This document shows, piece by piece, positions 18,231 through 26,409 of a stretch of DNA of 64,000 nt. Source of the stretch: Acutalibacteraceae bacterium (GTDB lineage Bacteria; Bacillota; Clostridia; Oscillospirales; Acutalibacteraceae); contig JAZNEX010000115.1 of the NCBI GenBank assembly GCA_045588855.1, positions 6,993 to 70,992 of the forward strand, given 5' to 3'. The notes below the pieces were generated by a model. The model was not told where the DNA came from, searched no databases, and saw only the letters and a program-made list of their open reading frames with translations. A program made the translations under genes and the position numbers. The stretch's first letter is position 1. Each line of letters starts with the position of its first letter.

Positions 18231-19855
18231 GTGAAAATAATAATAAAAATGTAAAAAATTTCGTTCAGGGTGTTTTTACCGCAGAAAATAATTCAGCTGC
18301 ATCGCTTGCTGATGAGCAAAGAATGAAATACAGCAAACTTGCAATTAAGATGTTCCATACGAATGTTCTTACTCCGAAAGAAATGTTCTTACCTGCAATC
18401 GGTGAGTTTGCTACTAAGCTACTCGGTGGTGTAAATACATACAGAACTCTTTATTTTGTTAATGTACTTAAGATTGATATGGTTTATGTAACCGTCATTC
18501 TTTCTCTTATCAGTATTTATGATATGCTTAACAATCCTCTTATGGGTATCATTTATGATAAGACGCGTACCCGTTGGGGTAAAGCTCGTCCATGGGTTGT
18601 GTTCGGTGCTATACCTTATTTTGCAAGTACATTTATGCTGTACTCAGGCGCATTGTTCCTCGGTAATACATCGGGTGATGATCCTAAGAAAATAATTTTT
18701 GTTTTCTCTATGCTGTTTATTCAGGAGACATTCTCTACTATTTACAATATTCCCAGAGGCAATCTCCTTTCTCTTCAGACTGCAAATCCCCAAGACAGAA
18801 TTACTGTTGGTTTGTTGCAGACTTATATCGGTGAAGCTGCTTCTCAGGGTGTGTATACAATTTTCCCGCCTCTTATGGAGCTTAATAATAAGGGTATTAT
18901 TAATCTTCCTATGTCAATTGTTTTTGCAGCTCTTGCCACGATTTCATGTACTGTTGGTGCAATCGGTAATATCGGTATGGCAATCGGCTGTCAGGAGCGT
19001 ATTGCTCTTCAGCCGAAACCTGCTCCGATTACTAAGACAATGTTCTACATTCTTAAAAACAAATATGCCCTCAGAAATTATATTGCCGGTTTTGCAACTT
19101 CATGGTGGAGTTCCGGCGGCTATTCATGGGATGTTGTTACTCAGCAGGAAATATTCGGCGGTTCAATACCTTCGTTCCTTGCATATTCAATATATAATGC
19201 ATGTGATATGCCGTCAGCTGCACTTATTCCCAAATTCAGAAAGATATTTAAGGACAATAATAAGAACGCACTTATAGCTCTGCGTTTGTGGGATATGGTT
19301 GCAATTGCAGGTATGGTATGTTGCGGTCTTCCTGTTATCAAGAAATTCGGTAAGAATTCTAAATGGATTATGGTAATTGTTTATGCAATATTCCATGGTC
19401 TTAACGGTATTAACAACGGTCCTGCAAATGTATTTGAAGCAGAGGTTGCCAGAGAAATCAACGACTATACAGAATACGTTACCGGTGAACGTCCTGATGG
19501 TACAATGAATATTCTTACTGATCTGATTACTAAGATTACAGCTCCGCTTAATGCTGCATTTACTATTTTCCTGTTTAAGTGGTCCGGTTATGATCCGACG
19601 ATTCCTATGCTTCCCTGGTCTCAGGGCAGTTCAACAATATACCAGAGAGTTTTCTTCCTGTTTGTCGGCATTGATCTTTTCCCGAAGATTCTTCATGTTG
19701 TTCCGTATTTCTTCTATGACCTTACAGGTGAAAAGAGAGAGCAGATGTATATTGCGCTTAATGAGCGACGTGCATTGCTTGCAAAAGAACAAACGGTAAA
19801 TGAAGAGATTCTTGAAATGATGGAAAATCTTGAAGAAACCGTAGAGGTAGATTGA
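18227..19855 (+). CDS. GPH-family (glycoside-pentoside-hexuronide) cation symporter
   Basis: GPH signature DKTRTRWGKARPW after TM2; about 12 TM segments; ATGA overlap with upstream CDS. Confidence 0.85.
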   Translation: MSENNNKNVKNFVQGVFTAENNSAASLADEQRMKYSKLAIKMFHTNVLTPKEMFLPAIGEFATKLLGGVNTYRTLYFVNVLKIDMVYVTVILSLISIYDMLNNPLMGIIYDKTRTRWGKARPWVVFGAIPYFASTFMLYSGALFLGNTSGDDPKKIIFVFSMLFIQETFSTIYNIPRGNLLSLQTANPQDRITVGLLQTYIGEAASQGVYTIFPPLMELNNKGIINLPMSIVFAALATISCTVGAIGNIGMAIGCQERIALQPKPAPITKTMFYILKNKYALRNYIAGFATSWWSSGGYSWDVVTQQEIFGGSIPSFLAYSIYNACDMPSAALIPKFRKIFKDNNKNALIALRLWDMVAIAGMVCCGLPVIKKFGKNSKWIMVIVYAIFHGLNGINNGPANVFEAEVAREINDYTEYVTGERPDGTMNILTDLITKITAPLNAAFTIFLFKWSGYDPTIPMLPWSQGSSTIYQRVFFLFVGIDLFPKILHVVPYFFYDLTGEKREQMYIALNERRALLAKEQTVNEEILEMMENLEETVEVD

Positions 19856-19856
19856 T

Positions 19857-21107
19857 ATGGAACAGTTTATTAAAGATCAGATAACGGCAGGTTTGAAGCA
19901 CCTTCCCGGAAATCTTCTTAAATCATATTTTATACGAAGCTGTTCTGAAGAAACAAAAGAATTCAGAAATAAAATCGGTTTTATCCGTGGTGTCTGCCAT
20001 CCCACTGATAATTATACTCAGATTAAGGGTGCTAATATCGGTTGGATACGAATTGATATTCCTTTTCCCTTTGAAAATGACGGTAAGGTTTCTGAGTCAT
20101 ATAAATCTTTTAAAGAAAGATGCAGAAGCTTTCAGAATAACGGTATAAGGGTTATGGCTGTTACGCCGTATCCAAAGGATTATATAGATTTCGGTGCGGA
20201 TATCAGAACTGATGAAGGCACAAAAAAAGTCAAAGAAATTGCTGAATTTCTCATAAAAGATATGCAGGGTTGTGTATCAGGCTTTCAGATTACAAATGAA
20301 ATGGGAATTCCTCGTTTTACTTTACCGCTGACACTTAAAGAGGCTGCTAAGTTTATTGGTGTCAATCTTGAAGCTATGTATCCTTTTAAGAATGATATTA
20401 TTCTCGGGTACAACAGTGCAGGTCCCGAAGCTTTGCTTCATTCGGAATTGTTGCCTTATGTCGGCTTTTGTGATTATGTAGGTGTTGATATATACATGGG
20501 GTGCTTCTTTAATGTTCCCGGATTTATCTGGATTTTTGAAGCATTATGCAGATATCTGTGGGCGATGACAGGGAAACCTGTTCTTATACAGGAATTCGGT
20601 TATCTCAGCGGCGGTGCGCCGAAAACGCGAGCGGAAAAGAAAGCTATGCTTATGCGTTATGGTGCTTCCAGCGAAAAGGAAGCAAAGAAGAATATTGAAA
20701 AGTTTGTTTCCGATATGCCTGAGCATTTTGCAGATCATATAAGATATGTATGCGAGAATGATCCGTCAAGATATTTTGGTTTTCTTTTCAAAAGCGATAT
20801 GGTAAATCATTTTTACTGTGAATTACCTCGTCTGACTAAAATTCCCGGATATCCTCATACACCTGACGGTCAAGCCAGATTCTTTGAGGATTGTATCAGT
20901 CATCTGTACAGCCTCGGTTTTATATGTGGTTGTAATATTTATTGCTACAAGGATCCCGAAATGTGTTATTATTGCGGACAGGAAGATTGTCCTACGGAAA
21001 CGCGATGGGGACTTGTTGATGCAAAAGGCAACGAAAAACCTTCTTACAGATCAGTAAGAAATGTTTTTGGCAGAATAAAGTGGCTCGAGGCCGTAGAGAA
21101 AAAATAA
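19857..21107 (+). CDS. clan GH-A-like (beta/alpha)8 glycoside hydrolase, unclassified family
   Basis: Candidate acid/base motif FQITNEMG and nucleophile motif VLIQEFGY at typical spacing; C-terminal WGLVD..G..KPSY; start 1 nt after the transporter stop. Confidence 0.5.
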   Translation: MEQFIKDQITAGLKHLPGNLLKSYFIRSCSEETKEFRNKIGFIRGVCHPTDNYTQIKGANIGWIRIDIPFPFENDGKVSESYKSFKERCRSFQNNGIRVMAVTPYPKDYIDFGADIRTDEGTKKVKEIAEFLIKDMQGCVSGFQITNEMGIPRFTLPLTLKEAAKFIGVNLEAMYPFKNDIILGYNSAGPEALLHSELLPYVGFCDYVGVDIYMGCFFNVPGFIWIFEALCRYLWAMTGKPVLIQEFGYLSGGAPKTRAEKKAMLMRYGASSEKEAKKNIEKFVSDMPEHFADHIRYVCENDPSRYFGFLFKSDMVNHFYCELPRLTKIPGYPHTPDGQARFFEDCISHLYSLGFICGCNIYCYKDPEMCYYCGQEDCPTETRWGLVDAKGNEKPSYRSVRNVFGRIKWLEAVEKK

Positions 21108-21154
21108 AATCGGCGTAAGCGGATTCCGCTTACGCTATTTTAAGAGGTAATATA

Positions 21155-22045
21155 ATGAGCAACAAATTTTTTGATGCGGTTTTAAGAGAAATTGACCCGA
21201 TTTACGATGCTGCAATTATCACCTCGGACGGCATTGAGTATTGGCATAATGAAAATTGCAATTACGCAAATAACGGTCATTCAGTCACTAAGTTTTTTAT
21301 TTCATCTGCAATCGGTGTACTTGTTTCAAGGAAACAAATCAGATTAGATGACAAAGTTTTATCTTTTTTATATGAAAGTGATATCGGTCAGTCTGTTGAT
21401 CCCGGTTGGAATAGTGTTACAGTCGAGCATTGTTTGATGCATAAAACAGGAATTCTTCATATTCCGTACGGTGTAGATGAAGATGATCACATTGCACTTA
21501 TCGGTAAAGATTTTCTGAAATATATTTTTTCATTAAGAATTGATGCTGAACCGGGTACGGAGTATAAATATTCAGACGCGGCATATTATCTGCTCGGCAG
21601 AATTATTCATAAGGTTACAGGTATCACAGCATATGAATTTATAAAAAATAATTTAGCTGATCCGCTTGGATTCAAGCAGTGGGGAATGTTGCTTTGTCCG
21701 ATGGGGCATACAATCGGTGGTGGCGGATTGTATTCCCGAAGTGATGATAATGCTAAGCTTGGTTTTTTATGGGCAAATGAGGGTAAACTCGGCTCTGAAG
21801 AAATTATTTCGGCGGAGTATATAAAGGCTGCAATGGAAAATGATTATGCATCTACTTCTTTCAGAGGGACCGATGTTTTTCTGAAAACCGGTTCAAAGGG
21901 GCAGTGTGTCGCCTACTCTCTGAAAAGAAAAGCTGCTGCCGCGTGGCATGGTTATTCATATGAGGACGGCAATAACAGAAATGACAGATTGTTATCTGCT
22001 TTTTGTGACTATCTTGACGATAAATTCGGAAAAACGGAGGAATAA
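21155..22045 (+). CDS. beta-lactamase-fold serine hydrolase (class C / family VIII esterase-like), cytoplasmic
   Basis: SxxK (SVTK), YSD (Y-x-N position) and KTG (LKTGSKG) motifs; no signal peptide. Confidence 0.75.
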   Translation: MSNKFFDAVLREIDPIYDAAIITSDGIEYWHNENCNYANNGHSVTKFFISSAIGVLVSRKQIRLDDKVLSFLYESDIGQSVDPGWNSVTVEHCLMHKTGILHIPYGVDEDDHIALIGKDFLKYIFSLRIDAEPGTEYKYSDAAYYLLGRIIHKVTGITAYEFIKNNLADPLGFKQWGMLLCPMGHTIGGGGLYSRSDDNAKLGFLWANEGKLGSEEIISAEYIKAAMENDYASTSFRGTDVFLKTGSKGQCVAYSLKRKAAAAWHGYSYEDGNNRNDRLLSAFCDYLDDKFGKTEE

Positions 22046-22047
22046 AT

Positions 22048-22833
22048 ATGAGATTCGGTGTGTGTACCGGTATTGATAATGAAGAAAATGTAAGAATTGC
22101 AGCAGAAAGCGGTTATGATTATATTGAATGCGGTTTTCAGATGTTTGCTAATGCAACAGAAGAACAATTAGCTGAGTGGGAAGAACGCGAAAAAAAATAC
22201 GGCATTTATTCAGAAGCGGCAAATTGCTTTTTGCCGGGTTCTTTGCCGGTTACAGGTGATAATGTAGACTATGAAGCTCTTAAGGAATTTGTTGCAAGAG
22301 GAATGAAGAATTCAGCACGAATGGGATTGAAAACTGTAGTTTTCGGTTCATCGGGAGCAAGAAGTATCAAAGAAGGTTATTCTTATGAAAAAGCTGTAAG
22401 GCAGATGGCGTATTTTTTGCGTGAAATTGCTTCTCCTGAGGCTGCTAAATATGGTATTACTGTTGTTACCGAGCCATTACAAAAGGCTGAAACTAATATG
22501 ATAAATACTGTTAAAGAAGGTGTAATGTTGGCTGCTATGGCTGACAGAGATAATATTCGGTGCCTTGCAGATTTATTTCATATGGAACAGTGCGGAGATA
22601 CCGCCGAAGATATTCTTATGATAAAAGATTCAATTATTCATGCTCATATATCTAACCCTGTCGGAAGAGATGGGAAGAAGAGAATTTATCCGCTTTCGGC
22701 AGATGAATTCGACTATAAATCTTTCATTGATGCACTTGAAAAAGGTTCATGCCAGAGGTGTTCCATTGAGGCTTCCGTAACTGATTTTGAAGTTGAGGCA
22801 CCTGCCGCCATAAAAATGCTGAAAAGTCTTTGA
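22048..22833 (+). CDS. xylose-isomerase-like TIM-barrel protein (sugar phosphate isomerase/epimerase family)
   Basis: Family-typical N-terminus MRFGVCT... and length; start 2 nt after the upstream stop. Confidence 0.75.
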   Translation: MRFGVCTGIDNEENVRIAAESGYDYIECGFQMFANATEEQLAEWEEREKKYGIYSEAANCFLPGSLPVTGDNVDYEALKEFVARGMKNSARMGLKTVVFGSSGARSIKEGYSYEKAVRQMAYFLREIASPEAAKYGITVVTEPLQKAETNMINTVKEGVMLAAMADRDNIRCLADLFHMEQCGDTAEDILMIKDSIIHAHISNPVGRDGKKRIYPLSADEFDYKSFIDALEKGSCQRCSIEASVTDFEVEAPAAIKMLKSL

Positions 22834-22902
22834 TCAATTCATTTATAAAGAAAAAAATTAAATTTTATGATTAAGTATTTTGTATACCGGAGGTAAAGTA
22901 TT

Positions 22903-23697
22903 ATGATGAAAATCGGTGTTATTCCTGATTCTTTTCAGGTTCCCTTCAAGGAGGCAGTGATTCTTGCACGCGATATGGGTGTTAAGGGGTTGCAGCCTTA
23001 TGTTACGGGTGGGGAGCTTGCACCCGAAAATCTTTCAAAACAGGATAGAGCTGATGTTCTTAAGTTTGTAAATGATAATGGGCTTGTTTTTTCTGCTCTG
23101 TGTGCTGATTTCGGCCTTCATTTTAATGAAAAAGATACAAATGAAGAGGGGATAATCCGCACAATGAAAATGATGGACCTTGCAGTTGATTTTGATACCA
23201 AAGTTATCACAACTCACATCGGCAGAGTTCCGGATGATGAAAACAGCGAGGAATATTATAATATAGTAAACACCATTGAAAGACTCGGTAAATATGGTGA
23301 TAAGATCGGTGTTTCTTTTGCAACCGAAACAGGACCCGAAATGGCAGTCAAGCTCAGAGGAATACTTGAAAAAGCAGATACCAAAAGCGCAAAGGTTAAT
23401 CTTGATCCTGCAAACTTTGTTATGTGCGCAGGTCAGGATCCTGTTGAAGCAGTTCATATTCTTAAAGATTATATCGTTCACACACATGCTAAGGATGGTG
23501 TAAAGCTTTCTGCGACTGATTATCAGGAATATCCTTTAGGTCAGGGAGGAGTACCATTCCCTGAATATATTGCTGCTCTTAAGGAAATCGGTTATGACGG
23601 ATTCCTGACTATTGAAAGAGAAGCAGGTGCAACTCGTTTTAATGATATAAAAAATGCAGTAGGATTTTTGACAGATATTCTTAATAAATTATATTGA
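22903..23697 (+). CDS. xylose-isomerase-like TIM-barrel protein (sugar phosphate isomerase/epimerase family)
   Basis: Family-typical layout (MKIGV..., HTHAKDG, LTIERE metal-site-like blocks); GGAGG RBS. Confidence 0.75.
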   Translation: MMKIGVIPDSFQVPFKEAVILARDMGVKGLQPYVTGGELAPENLSKQDRADVLKFVNDNGLVFSALCADFGLHFNEKDTNEEGIIRTMKMMDLAVDFDTKVITTHIGRVPDDENSEEYYNIVNTIERLGKYGDKIGVSFATETGPEMAVKLRGILEKADTKSAKVNLDPANFVMCAGQDPVEAVHILKDYIVHTHAKDGVKLSATDYQEYPLGQGGVPFPEYIAALKEIGYDGFLTIEREAGATRFNDIKNAVGFLTDILNKLY

Positions 23698-23715
23698 TAA
23701 GGAGAAAGATAAACT

Positions 23716-24774
23716 ATGGCACTTAAAGTCGGAATCATCGGTAATGGCGGTATTGCCAATGCCCACATGGACGGTTATCTTGCATTGGGTGATGAAGTTG
23801 AGCTTGTTGCCTGCTGTGATATTGATTATTCTAAAGCGAAGGCATATGCTGAAAAATATAATATTCCTGCTTGTTACGATAATTGTTATGATATGCTCAA
23901 AAATCATAAGCTCGATGTGGTCAGTGTATGTACATGGAATAATGCTCATGCAGAATGTTCTATAGCAGCACTTAATGCAGGTTGTAATGTTCTTTGTGAA
24001 AAGCCGATGGCAATGAACACCGAAGAAGCTCTTAAGATGAAAGAAGCTGCTGAAAAGAACGGCAAGCTTCTTATGATTGGTTTTGTACGCCGTCAGGGTA
24101 ATGACGCTGCAGCCGCTATTGATTATATAAAAAAAGGTTTCGTCGGAGATATCTATTATGCAAAAGCTTCATATCTGCGCCGCTGCGGTTTCCCGGGAGG
24201 TTGGTTCGGAAATAAAGAGCTTTCAGGCGGTGGCCCGCTTATTGATCTCGGAGTTCATGTCATAGACCTTTCACGATATATCATGGGATGTCCGAAGCCT
24301 GTAACTGTTTTCGGTGCAACATTTGATAAAATCGGAGCCCGCAGTCATATAAAGGGCACAGAGTGGCAAAGTGAAACAAAGGTTGAAAAACCGATATTTA
24401 CAGTTGAAGATCTTGCGACAGCAATGATACGTTTTGATAACGGCGCTGTACTTCATGTAGAAGCATCTTTCAATCTTAATCGTAAGGATAATTGCGGGGA
24501 TATTATTTTTTACGGAGATAAAGCCGGACTCAATCTCAGTCCTTTTGAACTTTATACCGAAGTTAATAATGAACTTGCAGATATTGTTCCTCACGGACAG
24601 AATGATTTTGATTTTGCGCGCGATTTTAAGAGAGAGATTAAAAATTTTGTTGATGCCGTTAACGGAAAAGCTGAATGTCTTGCTACAGCTGATGACGGTG
24701 TTGAGCTTATGCGGATTCTTGATGCTATTTATCTTTCGGCGCAAACAGGTAAATCAGTAGACATTGTCAGATAA
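23716..24774 (+). CDS. Gfo/Idh/MocA-family NAD(P)-dependent oxidoreductase
   Basis: Rossmann N-terminus KVGIIGNGGIANAH and the family EKP motif (LCEKPMA). Confidence 0.9.
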   Translation: MALKVGIIGNGGIANAHMDGYLALGDEVELVACCDIDYSKAKAYAEKYNIPACYDNCYDMLKNHKLDVVSVCTWNNAHAECSIAALNAGCNVLCEKPMAMNTEEALKMKEAAEKNGKLLMIGFVRRQGNDAAAAIDYIKKGFVGDIYYAKASYLRRCGFPGGWFGNKELSGGGPLIDLGVHVIDLSRYIMGCPKPVTVFGATFDKIGARSHIKGTEWQSETKVEKPIFTVEDLATAMIRFDNGAVLHVEASFNLNRKDNCGDIIFYGDKAGLNLSPFELYTEVNNELADIVPHGQNDFDFARDFKREIKNFVDAVNGKAECLATADDGVELMRILDAIYLSAQTGKSVDIVR

Positions 24775-24796
24775 GACTTAAAAGTTACAAAAGAAT

Positions 24797-24836
24797 AAGG
24801 ACCCCGGCAGTTAATTCTGCCGGGGCCCTTGTTTTG
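24797..24836. terminator. bidirectional intrinsic terminator
   Basis: GC-rich stem AAGGACCCCGGCAG / CTGCCGGGGCCCTT between convergent genes. Confidence 0.75.
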
Positions 24837-24843
24837 CTTAAGG

Positions 24844-25998
24844 TTAAATTATGATGTCTTCGATTGTGATAACCGGTCCGAAGGCTACTGATTTATGCAT
24901 TATTCTGTTAATACCTTCTGCGCCGACCCTGATTTCGGTTCCGCCTGAAAAATTGAACCTGTAACCTGATCCCATACCGATCTTCATACAGTAAGTAAGA
25001 CGTATTCCTTCATATTCGATTGAAAAATTATTAAGATGTTCGTGCCCACAGAAAACATATTTAGCTGTGCCGAGTTCCTTCATTTTATCAAAGAACCCAT
25101 CTCTTACCGGTATACCGTCAGGACCGTTGTCATAACAGATACTTTCATGGCATTCGCCGTAAGCATTGAAACCATCTCTCCAACAGTTATTTTCAGCATC
25201 CCATGAAGCATCATATGCATACTGATATTCAGCAAGAGGAATATGGAACATTACGCTGATTTCTGCTTTATTTCCAGAAATTTTGTTTATGCCTTCTGAA
25301 GCCCATACAAACCAATCAGTCTGTTTGTTAACATCAACCGGTCTGCAGTCCATGATAATTATTGATTCAACTATGTTTAATGAGTTGTTTTCGTTTTCTT
25401 CTGCAATATTAATAATGTAGTTGCCGACTCCCATTTCAGGATCACCTTTCTGCATAATACAGTTGGGTGCACTCATCATAATATCTGCAAGAAAATTTTT
25501 ATCGCAATTACCTTCAGCATCATGATTTCCGAAAAACGGTGCCCACGGAATTCCGAAACTCTCAAATAAGTCTGTAATTCTTTTTATGGAATAATATGTT
25601 GATTCATCGGAGCATACGATGTCCCCGGAAAGTGTAATAAGATCAGGTTTAACAGAAGCTACCAAAGTTTTTAATTTTGCTTCAACATCAAATGCAGTGA
25701 ACGCTCTGTAGTCATAGTCAGAAAAATGTGTGTCTGTAATATTAAGGATAATAAAATCCTTATTTTTATCTTTTTTAAGAACAATTGTATCTTCGATATT
25801 GTATTCTTGATCGGCAGACCACTTATCGTCACTCACTTCTCCGGTATATTCTCCGGAGATGATTTCTGATTTTTGCGTTAAGGCTTTGATTGCTTCGCTT
25901 AAACCGGTTAATTTCTGATAATCAGCACTCCCGGCCATTCCGAGAAACAGAGAAAGTGAAGTTAATAAACTAACAAATATTCCTGTTAATTTTTCCAT
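24844..25998 (-). CDS. secreted metallophosphoesterase (calcineurin-like)
   Basis: Signal peptide; motifs DTHF, GDIV, GNHD, GHEH. Confidence 0.8.
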   Translation of the reverse strand: MEKLTGIFVSLLTSLSLFLGMAGSADYQKLTGLSEAIKALTQKSEIISGEYTGEVSDDKWSADQEYNIEDTIVLKKDKNKDFIILNITDTHFSDYDYRAFTAFDVEAKLKTLVASVKPDLITLSGDIVCSDESTYYSIKRITDLFESFGIPWAPFFGNHDAEGNCDKNFLADIMMSAPNCIMQKGDPEMGVGNYIINIAEENENNSLNIVESIIIMDCRPVDVNKQTDWFVWASEGINKISGNKAEISVMFHIPLAEYQYAYDASWDAENNCWRDGFNAYGECHESICYDNGPDGIPVRDGFFDKMKELGTAKYVFCGHEHLNNFSIEYEGIRLTYCMKIGMGSGYRFNFSGGTEIRVGAEGINRIMHKSVAFGPVITIEDIII

Positions 25999-26126
25999 AA
26001 CGATTTTCCTTTCGGGTAATTAGTATTAAATACTTTAAGTATAAAGCTTTAAGTTATACTAACATATGAAGTAATTTATGTCAAACTTAATTGATTGTTA
26101 ATTATCTTAATTTTAACTGCCGTTAA

Positions 26127-26336
26127 TCATAATTCGAAATCGGATGCTGAATATTCCGGTAATTCCGCTTTTTTTTCGGGCACACGTTTTAACGGATCAT
26201 ATGAGAATTTTCTGCAACTGGAATCTTTATCAAGAATTCCTTTTTTGATACAAAGAATTGTATTATCACCGGAAGCGTTGCCGAATTTACAATATTCACA
26301 TTTCGGAGTTATGTTTCCGAGTACTTTTCTTTTCAA
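26127..26336 (-). CDS. small Cys-containing protein (69 aa), unknown function
   Basis: TTG start 9 nt after an AAGGTG RBS; CxxC plus two further Cys. The opposite-strand 121-aa ORF looks like a shadow ORF. Confidence 0.5.
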   Translation of the reverse strand: MKRKVLGNITPKCEYCKFGNASGDNTILCIKKGILDKDSSCRKFSYDPLKRVPEKKAELPEYSASDFEL

Positions 26337-26409
26337 TGTTGATCACACCTTTATTTTTTATGATTCATTTTACCATAATAGTTTTCAGCTATCAAGTTCT
26401 ATTAAAATA

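Noticed and set aside
22048-24774. Direct assignment of the TIM-barrel/oxidoreductase trio as DgpABC-type C-glycoside deglycosidase or as iol genes
   Set aside because: Subunit sizes and composition do not match what I recall for DgpB/DgpC, and the other iol genes are absent. Only the general keto-sugar-pathway inference is retained as a finding.
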